Origin: an uncultured Phycisphaerales bacterium
GTDB lineage: Bacteria; Planctomycetota; Phycisphaerae; Tepidisphaerales; Tepidisphaeraceae
NCBI GenBank assembly: GCA_963758525.1
Contig: CAVWVQ010000003.1
Coordinates: 3,936,001 to 4,000,000, forward strand
DNA length: 64,000 nt
Direction of reading: 5' to 3'
In this document: positions 52,334-62,632 of the stretch, piece after piece
Layout of the letters: each line of letters begins with the position of its first letter
Position numbering within the stretch: position 1 is the stretch's first letter
Notes under the pieces: model-generated
Told to the model about the DNA's origin: nothing
Database searches by the model: none
What the model saw: only the letters and a program-made list of their open reading frames with translations
Translations under genes and position numbers: made by a program

Positions 52334-55300
52334 TTGATTGACACGAAGCTGGAAGAGGTTCGCCGACGACTGCTGGACTTGAGCCGGAACAACCGGCTGC
52401 TGAACCATCGCGCGACGGGGCAGCGGACGTTGCAGATCGTCGATGAGCTGCCGGGGGAAATCTATCGCCGGCTGGTGGAGGAGGGGCGGACGCTGCAGTT
52501 TCTGTCGATGGAAGAGGCGCCGCCGGAAGCGAAGGGCGTTCTTGCGGAGAGCGCCCACGCGGCCGCCGACGCGCGCTCTTTCCCCTCCCCTGGTACGCCG
52601 GGGGAGGGTCAGGGTGGGGGCCGGATGGGAGGAGGTCAATCGGATATCAATGCTCCATTGGGAGCGGCGCCGCCCCCACCCCAGCCCTCCCCCGGCGTAC
52701 CAGGGGAGGGGGAAAATCGGCGGATGGAGGAAGGTGTATCGGATAACGATCCGCCTTTGGGAGCGACGCCGCCCCCACCCCAGCCCTCCCCCGGGGTACC
52801 AGGGGAGGGGGAAAATCGGCGGATGGAGGAAGGTGTATCGGATAACGATCCGCCTTTGGGAGCGGCGCCGCCCCCACCCCGGCCCTCCCTTGGGGTACCA
52901 GGGGAGGGGGAAGAGCCTGAGCTGGCGGCGCTGCCGCTGGCGCCTGTGGCGGATGCGGCGCCGGCGGAGAGGCATCGGGACAACAAGCTGCAGACTGCGC
53001 TCGAAGGGGAGAAGCTGCAGGCGCGGCTGGTCAATCTCGCGCGGGAAGCCAACAGCGCGATTCAGGAGCAAGGATGCAACATCCTGTATCTGACGTTTGG
53101 CGTGGTCGAATGGCGCGATGCCGAGTCGGCAAACGAAACGTCGCGCGCGCCGGTGATTTTTGTTCCTGTCGAGTTGAAGCGGAAGAGCGTCAACGCCCGC
53201 TACACGCTGCAGGCGTTTGATGACGACGTGGTGGGCAATCCGTCGCTGGTGGAACTGTGCCAGAATCAGTTCAACTTTGCGCTGCCGGCGTTTGACGCGG
53301 AGAAGGACGAAGCCGAGACGTATCTCAAAAACGTTGAGGAGGCCGTGGCGCACATGCCGGGGTGGAAGTTCACCTCGGAGATACACCTGGGTCTGTTCAG
53401 CTTTTCCAAGCTGCTGATGTATCGCGATCTGGACCCGCGCAATTGGCCGGCCGCGAATCATCTGGCGGACCACGCGCTGATTCAGAGCCTGACGCTCGGC
53501 ACCGCGCCGGAAGCGGGGGACGGCAACGGAATTCCCGATCCGCATCAGCTCGATGAGATGGTTGACCCCGCCGACTGCTTTCAGATCGTTGACGCGGATT
53601 CGAGCCAGCAGTCGGCAATTCTCGGAGCCAAACGCGGGCTGAGCATGGTGATCGACGGGCCGCCGGGAACCGGCAAGTCGCAGACGATCACCAACATCAT
53701 CGCCGAGTCGCTGGCGGCGGGGCAGACGGTTTTGTTCGTCTCGGAGAAGTCGGCGGCGCTGGAGGTGGTGAAACGACGGCTCACCGAAGCGGGGCTTGGC
53801 GATTTCGTGCTGGAGCTGCACAGCCGCCAGGCGAGCAAGCGCGCGGTTCTGGAGGAAATCAACCGCGTTCTGGAACGCGACGCGACGGCTCGACAAGTCA
53901 CGCTCGCGCCGGCGCAGGAGCTTCGAGCGACCCGCGACCGGCTCAACGCATATCACCGCGACCTGCACACGCCGCTGGGGGCGCTGGCGATTTCGCCGTT
54001 TCAAGCGATGTCGGCCGCGATCGCGCTGGTGAACGAGCCTGAGGCTCATTGCGATATTCCCGATGTGATGGGGTGGTCGGCTCAGCAGCTGACCGAGGCG
54101 GATCAAAAGCTGGCTGGTCTGGATCGATGCCTGGCGCGCGTGGGTGACGAGTCGGCGCATCCCTGGCGCGGCGTCTGGCTGCCATCCGCGGGATTGCGGG
54201 AAAAGCAGCGCATTGGGACAGCGTGCGAAGCGCTGGTGCGCGCGATCAAGGGAACACTCGAAGCGGGAAGCGCCGTGGCCTCGATGCTCGCGGTCAGCGC
54301 CCCTCGCACGCGCCTGGAATGCGAGCAGCAATGCGCCGCTGCCGGGGTGCTCGTCGCCGCGCCAGCGTCCGTCGCGGACGTTGTTATGCCGGGCGTCATT
54401 CCCGTCTCCGCGGCCGCCAGCACTACAGGCGTGGTCCCCAATCCCACGGCGTGGGACGCTCCCAACCCCGCCCTGACGGAATGGCTGCGAATCGGGGCGC
54501 GTCGTCAGCAACTGAAAAATCTCTGGCAGACTTTCTTCCTTCCCTCGGCCGAGGATCAGGAGTGGAGCGATCTGCTCAATCGCAGGCAAAAGCAGCAAGG
54601 GTCTCTTCTGAGGTTCTTCAGTTGGTCTTGGTACGCCGACGGGAAGCGGCTGAAGGCGTTCCGATTGTCAGCCGCGCCGCCCCCACCCCGACCCTCCCCC
54701 GGAGTACCAGGGGAGGGGGAAAGAGAGACATCGTCGGCCCCACCCCGGCCTTCCACTGGGGTGCCAGGGGAGAGGGAAAGAGCGGCACCCACGATGAGCG
54801 AGCTGGAGCTGTTGTCGGCGGTAATTGAAAGTCGAAGGCTGCGGAAAGAGCTTGAGAAGTGGGCCGGTGGATTCGCCCCGATGTTCGGCACGGAATGGCA
54901 TGGAATTGACAGTGATTGGCCATCATTGGAGCGATTTGCAGCTAGCGCGCTGGCCGTCCGAAACTTGCTTCTCACCCAGCGCGTTGATCCTGCCGCCGCG
55001 CGGCGATGGCTCGACGCTCCCGACCGCGGTCCGCTTGCCGCGTCGGGCAACTCCGCGCAGTCGGCGTTGGATCATCTGGCCGACTGCTGGCGCGAATGGC
55101 TCGCATCCATCGGCAGCGATGAGCAGCGCTGGCTCAAGACGGAATTCGCCTCAGCCGAGCTGGCGCCGATCGCGCATCGCCTGGCGGAACTTCCCGCGCA
55201 GATCGAGCGGCTCGACGAGTGGATCGACCTGCGGCGCTGCGTCACCGAATGCTCCAACACTTCGCTGCGCTCATATATCGAGTGGGCGCTGTTCGGCGAC

Positions 55301-57732
55301 GCGAGCGTCGCACGGGGAAAATTGCCGGCGGTCTTCCGGCGGCCTTTTTACCGGCTGTGGGTCGAGGAGGCTTTTGCGCAGCGCGAGAGCCTGCGCGGCT
55401 TTCGCGGGCAGGATCACGAATCGGTCATCGCGAAATTCCGCGAACTCGATCGGCAGTGGATTCAACTGACGCGCGAGCGGCTGTCGGAGAAACTCGCGGC
55501 GCGGCGGCAGGGGGTGCAGCAGCCGGCGCATCGCCTCTCGAAGCTGGGGATGCTGCAGGCGGAAATCCGCAAGAAGTCTCGTCACATGCCGTTGCGAAAG
55601 CTGCTGGAAGCGGCGGGCGAAGTGGTGCAGTCGATCAAGCCGTGCTTCATGATGAGTCCATTGTCCGTGGCCCAGTATCTGGCGCCGGGCGGGCTCGCGT
55701 TTGATCTGGTGGTTTTTGACGAGGCCAGCCAGGTGGAGCCGGCCGACGCCTACGGCGCAATCGCGCGGGGGCGGCAGTTGCTGCTGGTGGGAGATGAGCG
55801 GCAGCTTCCGCCGACCAACTTCTTTGGCGCAGCGATCCGGAGCAGCAGGCGACGGAGGATGCGGACGTTCATTCGACGGATTTGGAAAGCATCCTGTCGC
55901 TGGGGATCGTGCGGCTGCCGCATCGCTGCGGGTTGCGCTGGCACTATCGAAGCCGGCACAGCAGCCTGATCGAATTTTCCAATCACGAGTTTTACGACGA
56001 TCGTTTGCGGGTGTTTCCCAGCCCGCACACCGATTGCTCGGAACTGGGCTTGGCGTTTCGCTACGTTGAGAATTCGGTTTATCTCCGCGGCGCGGGCCGA
56101 TTTAATCCCGTGGAGGCGAAAACCGTGGCTGAAGCGGTCATGCGTCACGCGCTGGAAACTCCCGAGCAGTCGCTGGGCGTCGGCACGCTCAATCAGCCGC
56201 AGCAGCGGGCGATCGAAGATGAGATCGAGCGGCTGCGACGAACGCATCCCGATGAACGTGTCGAGCAGTTCTTCGCCCGGCATGCGGCGGGCGATCCGTT
56301 CTTTGTCAAGAATCTGGAGAACATCCAGGGGGACGAGCGCGACGTCATCTTCCTCAGCATCGGCTTCGGTAAAGACGCCAACGGCCGGCTCCACGTTTCG
56401 TTCGGCGCACTCAACAGCGAAGGCGGTTGGCCGCGGCTCAATGTATTGGTGACGCGGGCGCGGCGGCGATGCGTTGTCTTCAGCTCAGTGCGCGCCGATG
56501 ACATCGACCTGGGCGCAACACAGGCGCGCGGCGTGGTCGCGTTGAAGGAATATCTCTATGCCGCCGAGCAGGGACGGCTCAAGGAGGCGTTGGTTCCCGG
56601 CGGAGACCACGACTCGCAGTTTGAGGCATCGGTCTGCGGGGCGCTGCGCGAGAAGGGGTGGGAAGTGCATGCCCAGGTGGGGTGCGCCGGATTCGCCATC
56701 GATCTTGCTGTGGTCGATCCGCGATCGCCGGGGCGATATCTGCTGGGGATCGAATGCGATGGGGCGACCTATCACAGCTCGCCGACCGCGCGCGATCGCG
56801 ATCGTCTCCGCCAGGCGGTGCTGGAGAGCCTGGGATGGACGATTCAACGCGTCTGGTCGACGGATTGGTTTCACCGGCCGCAGATGACGCTGCAGGCGGT
56901 GCTCGCGCATCTGGACGAGTTGAAGAAGGCGCCGCTCGAAACGAAGAAGCCCGCTCCGCCGGATGAACGGGAGGTTTCGCAGTCATCGGGTCTTTCCGGA
57001 GACGGTGGTCCTGTCCCCTTTGTGGTGCAGGCTTCCAGCCTGCCGCTTAAAAGCAGTCTGGAAGCCTGCACCACAACAGAAGGCCTCACCCCAACCGTCT
57101 CCCGGCGTACGACTCGACCAGGCTCGCCGCAGTCCGGGAGAGGGGGCAAGAGTGCCGACGCCCAGTTGCCATCTGGGGTGGTGCAATACCTTCACGCTCG
57201 CGACGACAAGGCGCGCGGCTCGTCCGCGTCGCTGCTGGCGATGAAGCCCGATCAAGTGGCGACGATACTGAGCGAGATCGTGAAGACGGAGGGGCCGATC
57301 CACGTTGAAGAGGCGCTGCACGCCTGCACCGAGATGTTCGGCGCCAAGGCCTCGGCCCGGCCGCGCGAGGCGTTTGAGCGAGGTTTGGCCGCCGCGGTGA
57401 ATGCCGGCGGGATCATTCGTCGGGAGGATTTTCTCTGGAGCGCGGGGCAGGGCGATGCGGTGGTGCGTCACCGCGGCGGCGATTGTCCGGTGACCGATGC
57501 CGAGCGAATCTGCCCGGAGGAGTTCGATGCGGCGGTGCGATTGGTGTTGCAGCAGCAGTTCGGATTGCCGTTCGATGCTTTGATTGAAGCCACGGCGCGA
57601 CTGATGGGCTTCTCGCGGACCGGAACAAAACTCAAATCAGCAATTGAACAGTCGCTTGTTCGGCTGAGCATGAAGAAAGCGATTGAACTCGATCATGCGC
57701 GATTTGTGACGCTCGCGCGCGACGCATCGTAA
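52334..57732 (+). CDS. DUF4011-SF1 helicase-Vsr-like nuclease-DUF3320 protein (HheA-like; indel near 55830-55880)
   Basis: LLDLSRNNRLLN, DADSSQ, GPPGTGKSQTI, FVSEKSAAL, FDEASQ, GDERQLPP, HYRSR, NIQGDERD, IECDGATYH, RDRLRQ, WSTDW. Confidence 0.9.
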
Positions 57733-57746
57733 CTCGGATGAAGTGG

Positions 57747-57815
57747 GTAGGGCGGGATTCATCCCGCCGCGGTTTGAGGAGTTGCGAAAGAGCGGCGGGA
57801 TGAATCCCGCCCTAC
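57747..57815. repeat. GTAG-type REP doublet (REPIN-like)
   Basis: GTAGGGCGGGATTCATCCCGCCGC...GCGGCGGGATGAATCCCGCCCTAC. Confidence 0.85.
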
Positions 57816-58029
57816 ACGCCTGCTGGGCGTAACGTTGATTTCGATACCTGCTTAACCGCGATGCGCAGGGGAGCGCGTCCTACGGGTTTTCAAGCTCGGA
57901 AAACATTCGTCCGTCCGCACGCACCGGACACGCTTCGCTTCGCGGCGCGGCTAAGCAGCGGGGGCGGAACGGTCAACTCTACAGGGGTTTTGTCAATCGA
58001 GATGTGGGAAGATAACCCGCGCCTAAATC

Positions 58030-59214
58030 CTAAACCCGCATCGTGTTGAACAGCGCCTGATTGGTCTTGTGTTTTGAGAGGACTTCCTGAAGCGTTTTCA
58101 TCGCCTGGGCGGGGGCCATGGTCATGAGATGCCGGCGGATGCTGCGGCTGGCGCTGAGGGCGCGTTCGTCCATCAGCTTCTCTTCCTTGCGGGTCCCCGA
58201 ATCGGGGATGCTCAGGGCGGGGTAGATGCGCTGGTTGGCCAGATTGCGGTCCAGCGTCAATTCCATGTTGCCGGTGCCTTTGAACTCCTCGAAAATCACC
58301 TGGTCCATGCGGCTGCCGGTATCGATCAGGCAGGTGGCGAGGATGGTGAGGCTGCCGCCGTTTTCGATCTTGCGGGCGGCGCCGAAGAGGCGCTTGGGAA
58401 TTTCCAGGGCGCGGTTGTCGAGCCCGCCGGACATGGTTCGTCCGCCGCTGGGCCCGCCGGCGTTGAACGCCCGGCCGACGCGGGTGAGGGAATCCATCAA
58501 TACGACGACGTCGGCGCCGAACTCGACCTGGCGTTTGCAGCGTTCGATGACGAGTTGGGCGAGGTCGAGATGCTTTTCGATGTCGTTGTCGTTGGAAGAG
58601 GCGTAGACCATGCCGGGGACGTTTCGCCGCATGTCGGTGACTTCTTCGGGGCGTTCGTCGATGAGGAGCAGAACCAGATGAGCATCGGGATAGTTGGCGG
58701 CGACGCCGCGGGCGATGTTCTGCAGGAGGATGGTTTTGCCGGTTCGCGGGGGCGCGACGATCAAGCCGCGCTGGCCGAAGCCGACGGGGGCGAGGATGTC
58801 GATGATGCGGGTGGTCAGTTCGGCGGGGTTGTGCTCGAGGCGCAACGCCGGCGCGGGATCGAGCGCGGTCGCGTCGTAGAGGTTGACGTTGTTGGTGTAA
58901 TCCGAGGGCGCACGGCCCTCGATGGTGTCGATGCGTCCAAGCACCCGTCCGCGCGGCTGGCCGGTCAGCAGCAGACCGGGGCGCAGGCGCATGTCGCGGA
59001 TGAGTTGGCGCGGAACGATCAGGTTGCCGCGCGCTGGGCGCAGCAGATGGGCCGGGTCACGAAGTTGGCCATCCTGGCGCTCGTCGGCAACGTGAAGGAT
59101 TCCCTCCACGTGTCCGTTGTTCATCTGCGGTCCAAGCTGAGTGGGAGCTGGCCGTTGGTTATTGAAACGCCTGCGGTGAGGGTGTTCGACCCTCGGATTT
59201 CTCTGAAGATGCAT
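58030..59214 (-). CDS. rho: Transcription termination factor Rho, short divergent form (start 59214 or 59124)
   Basis: APPRTGKT, LLIDERPEEVTD, DSLTR, FGAARKIE, FEEFKGTGNME, SGTRKEE. Confidence 0.92.
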   Translation of the reverse strand: MHLQRNPRVEHPHRRRFNNQRPAPTQLGPQMNNGHVEGILHVADERQDGQLRDPAHLLRPARGNLIVPRQLIRDMRLRPGLLLTGQPRGRVLGRIDTIEGRAPSDYTNNVNLYDATALDPAPALRLEHNPAELTTRIIDILAPVGFGQRGLIVAPPRTGKTILLQNIARGVAANYPDAHLVLLLIDERPEEVTDMRRNVPGMVYASSNDNDIEKHLDLAQLVIERCKRQVEFGADVVVLMDSLTRVGRAFNAGGPSGGRTMSGGLDNRALEIPKRLFGAARKIENGGSLTILATCLIDTGSRMDQVIFEEFKGTGNMELTLDRNLANQRIYPALSIPDSGTRKEEKLMDERALSASRSIRRHLMTMAPAQAMKTLQEVLSKHKTNQALFNTMRV

Positions 59215-59358
59215 GATTGGAGAGGGACCCTGTAACGGGGGCGCGACGTGCCAGACGCTTCGATCAGTTCCCAAGCTAAAATGTGGCCGTCGAAGGTGCG
59301 GTAAGGATGCGCCCTCAGTAGAATGGTTAGCATACCCAAATGCTTTGTGGAGTCAAAG

Positions 59359-59793
59359 ATGGAACTTTTGCAGAAATTACAGAATGACATGAAGGCCGCC
59401 CTGAAAGCCGGAGAGAAGCAGAGACTGGGCGTTATCCGGATGCTGCTGAGCGATGTCAAAAACATCGATCTGGCACCCAAGCCGATCACGGCCGAGGAGG
59501 TCGTGGCGTCCTACGCCAAGAAGCTACGCAAGAGCCGGGAGGAGTATGAGAAGCTGGGGAAGGCGCAGGAAGTCGCGACTCTGGATCAAGAGATCGGCAT
59601 TGTGGACGGATATCTGCCACAAAAAGCCTCGACGGAGGGTACGCGGGAGCTTGTGGAGGCCTTTCTGGCGAGCAACAGCTTCACCGAGAAGCAGACGGGA
59701 CAGGCAATGGGCCTGTTCATGAAACAGCACGGCGCGGCTGTCGACCCGGGCATCGCGAATAAGCTGCTCCGAGAAAGACTCGCTGGGAAATAG
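59359..59793 (+). CDS. GatB/YqeY domain protein
   Basis: LQNDMKAALKAGEKQRLGVIRML...EI...YLP...GQAMG. Confidence 0.9.
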   Translation: MELLQKLQNDMKAALKAGEKQRLGVIRMLLSDVKNIDLAPKPITAEEVVASYAKKLRKSREEYEKLGKAQEVATLDQEIGIVDGYLPQKASTEGTRELVEAFLASNSFTEKQTGQAMGLFMKQHGAAVDPGIANKLLRERLAGK

Positions 59794-59818
59794 AGTGAAT
59801 TCATCAGAAAGGACATTC

Positions 59819-60310
59819 GTGGCTGCTGCTGCTGCTGCTCCCAAATTACCTTCCGTCGGCGAAAAGCCGCCCATCTTTGCGCTGCCTTCGAGCGACGGAA
59901 AGATCGTCGATCTTGCGTCGCTGCTCGGCAAGCAGCCGATCGTGCTCTACTTCTACCCCAAGGCCGACACCCCCGGCTGCACCACGCAGGCATGCGGCTT
60001 CCGCGACGCGAAAAACGACTACCAAAAAGCGGGGGCTATCGTCCTTGGGATCAGCCCTGATCCGATCGACCGCGTCACCAAATTTGCAGCGAAATTCGAT
60101 CTGAACTTTCTCTTGCTGGCTGATGCAGATCATGCAGTATCAGATCGTTATGGCGTTTGGCAGGAAAAAAGCATGTACGGCAAGAAGTATATGGGTGTGG
60201 CACGAACGACGTTTTTGATAGGGAAAAACGGCAAAGTCACGCACGTGTTCGAGAAGGTCAAACCCGCGGGACACGAGGCCGAAGTTTTAGCGCAACTCAA
60301 AGCCGAATAA
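59819..60310 (+). CDS. bcp: Thioredoxin-dependent thiol peroxidase (Bcp/PrxQ)
   Basis: YFYPKADTPGCTTQACGFRD, GISPD, RTTFLI. Confidence 0.92.
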   Translation: MAAAAAAPKLPSVGEKPPIFALPSSDGKIVDLASLLGKQPIVLYFYPKADTPGCTTQACGFRDAKNDYQKAGAIVLGISPDPIDRVTKFAAKFDLNFLLLADADHAVSDRYGVWQEKSMYGKKYMGVARTTFLIGKNGKVTHVFEKVKPAGHEAEVLAQLKAE

Positions 60311-60436
60311 ATTGGCCGAATCTGTTGCGAGCGACCGATAATTTTGCTACATGCAAGTTGCGGCAAGATGGGAAAGGATTCCTCATCTATGCCGGGAACC
60401 GATCGATGGTGATCCAAATACGTAAGGAGAACAACA

Positions 60437-60682
60437 ATGGCTGCACGCAAACCTTCCAAGTCTGTCCCCGCGAAGTCCGCTCCCGCCAAAGTGGCCCCCG
60501 TCGTGAGTACGCCGGTGCGCAATTCGGCAATTCCGCCCAAGATGCCCGCCGCGGCGCCGGTGCGCAAGATCGTCACTCACGAGGCGATTGCCATCCGAGC
60601 CTACGAGATCTCCCGCTCGGGAATGGGTGGTTCTGAAGACCAGAACTGGCTCCAGGCCGAGCGCGAACTGAACGGGCTCTAG
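60437..60682 (+). CDS. DUF2934 domain protein with Lys/Ala/Pro-rich N-terminus
   Basis: AAGGAG RBS; IAIRAYEI...DQNWLQAEREL. Confidence 0.85.
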   Translation: MAARKPSKSVPAKSAPAKVAPVVSTPVRNSAIPPKMPAAAPVRKIVTHEAIAIRAYEISRSGMGGSEDQNWLQAERELNGL

Positions 60683-60699
60683 GCGCTGATCGAGTTATT

Positions 60700-60744
60700 C
60701 CATCGGGCGGCTGGGGCACAGGTCCCAGCCGCCCGATGGTTTCT
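60700..60744 (+). terminator. Probable intrinsic terminator
   Basis: 16-bp stem CCATCGGGCGGCTGGG/CCCAGCCGCCCGATGG followed by TTTCT. Confidence 0.7.
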
Positions 60745-60803
60745 CCCCCAATTTTTCGCAGGCAATTGACGTTTCGAGCCGGCTCGAAGCCTACGATTGA
60801 GGC

Positions 60804-61481
60804 ATGGCAAGCGCCTCCGAGGAGAGCTTCGACCTCTCGGCCGTTCCGCTGTTTCCGCTGCCAAACGTGGTGCTGTTCCCGGGCGCCGTGCTTCCCCTGC
60901 ACATTTTTGAAGAGCGGTACAAGGAGATGACGGCCGACACGCTTCGCGGCAACGCTCAGGTCGCAATGGCGCTGCTGCGCAAGGGCTGGGAGAAGTGCTA
61001 CTACCAGCGCCCCGCGATCGAGCCGGTCGTTTGCGTTGGGCGTATTCTGTCCCATGAGCGCCTGCCTGACGGGACGTACAATTTCCTGCTGCAGGGAATG
61101 GTGCGTGCTCGCATCGTTCGCGAGTTTGATGGCACGGCCTATCGGGTTGCCCAGCTTGAATGTCTGCGCGAGACCAGGGTCATGGAAGTCGATCTCGACG
61201 ATCAACGTCGACGATTCGCTTCATTGTTCAACGAGAGTCGGCTGGGCTCTGCCGGGATCGGTGCCCAGTTCCGCACCATGCTTCGCGGACCGCTGCCCAC
61301 CGCCAACATCGCGGATCTGGCCGCATTTAACTTTTTAGAGGATATCGGTTTACGGCAAGCGCTGCTTGCGGAGACTGATGTAAAGCGTCGGGTTACGCGG
61401 ACGATCGACGCGCTCTGGGCTCTTACCGAGATAACCTCTTCACTGTTCCTCAGTGGGGCGCCGCAACCGGGCTTGAACTGA
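60804..61481 (+). CDS. LON peptidase substrate-binding domain protein
   Basis: VPLFPLPNVVLFPGAVLPLHIFEERY, DGTYN.LLQG..R. Confidence 0.9.
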   Translation: MASASEESFDLSAVPLFPLPNVVLFPGAVLPLHIFEERYKEMTADTLRGNAQVAMALLRKGWEKCYYQRPAIEPVVCVGRILSHERLPDGTYNFLLQGMVRARIVREFDGTAYRVAQLECLRETRVMEVDLDDQRRRFASLFNESRLGSAGIGAQFRTMLRGPLPTANIADLAAFNFLEDIGLRQALLAETDVKRRVTRTIDALWALTEITSSLFLSGAPQPGLN

Positions 61482-61585
61482 ATAGGGAAGCACTCCGTTT
61501 CTGCCGATTCCGCTCGGGCCGTTCCCCATCTGCCTGCGCCGCGATATAACTCCAGTACCAGCCTCGCGCAACTTGGTCGGCAACA

Positions 61586-62455
61586 ATGAATGAGATCGTT
61601 ATCTCCACGTGGAAATTCTCGCTGTCGGCGGCAGAGACAGCCTCGCGAATGCTTTTTGACGGAAAATCTGCTCTGGACGCCGTTGAGGCAGGAATCGCAG
61701 TTTGCGAAGACGATCCAGAGATCGACAGCGTCGGCTTGGGAGGATTGCCGGATGCCTCGGGGAACGTGACGCTCGATGCGTCGATTATGGATCACGCAGG
61801 CCGATGCGGCGCGGTCGCGTGCCTGAGCAGGACGCGGAATCCGATTCGTGTCGCCCGCCGCGTGATGGAACGGACGCCGCATGTGCTGCTGGTTGGCCCG
61901 GGGGCGGATCAGTTCGCGCGATCGCAGGGGTTTGCCGACACCGAGTTGCTGACGCCTCAATCCGCGAGGAAATACGCGGAATGGAAGCGAGAGAAGTGCC
62001 CGGCGGCGCGAAGTCACGACACCATCGGGCTGCTGGCTCTCGACGCGGCTGGGTCGCTTGCGGGGGGCTGCAGCACCAGCGGCATGGCGTTCAAGCTGCC
62101 CGGCCGGGTGGGCGATTCGCCGATCATTGGAGCGGGGCTCTATGTTGACGGGAAGGTCGGGGCCGCCACCGCGACAGGCGTTGGCGAAGAGGCCATTCGC
62201 ATCTGCGCCTCGGCGGCCATCGTCGATCAGTTGTGGCGCGGCGATGATCCGATCCAGGCGCTTACCCACGTGATGCGAAAGATCGTCCCGCACATTCGCA
62301 AAGATCGCCGCACCGATATGAGCTTCATCACCCTCCGCGCCGACGGCGTGACCGCGGCGCTCTCGTTCCGGGTGGCGACGCGATTTCAATTCATTGTCGC
62401 CAGTCGTGCGGGCGTGCGCATCGTGGAAAGTGGCGCATTGTTATCGACCGATTGA
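61586..62455 (+). CDS. Ntn-hydrolase asparaginase (glycosylasparaginase/isoaspartyl peptidase family)
   Basis: SVGLGGLPD, LDASIMD, autocleavage site HD|TIG, STSG..FKLPGRVGDSPIIGAG, TGVGE. Confidence 0.9.
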   Translation: MNEIVISTWKFSLSAAETASRMLFDGKSALDAVEAGIAVCEDDPEIDSVGLGGLPDASGNVTLDASIMDHAGRCGAVACLSRTRNPIRVARRVMERTPHVLLVGPGADQFARSQGFADTELLTPQSARKYAEWKREKCPAARSHDTIGLLALDAAGSLAGGCSTSGMAFKLPGRVGDSPIIGAGLYVDGKVGAATATGVGEEAIRICASAAIVDQLWRGDDPIQALTHVMRKIVPHIRKDRRTDMSFITLRADGVTAALSFRVATRFQFIVASRAGVRIVESGALLSTD

Positions 62456-62632
62456 GCGGCTGCCGTGTGCAGTGCGGCCGTATATTCCGCTGATTTCGCG
62501 GTTTACGACGCGAAACACGGCCATTTCTTGACACGTTTTTTCAGGAGAGATAGCGTGCTCTGGCGCACCGAAAAATCCCTGCGGTCTGGGGACCATGCCG
62601 GGTGATGGCAGCGCGGCCTGTCAAGAATTCTC

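Noticed and set aside
52151..54598. Long antisense ORFs (this 815-aa one, also 35737-37455, 27948-29402, 9871-11004, 58129-59235 and 37624-38631)
   Set aside because: They are stop-poor shadows opposite well-supported genes in high-GC DNA, with no recognisable motifs.
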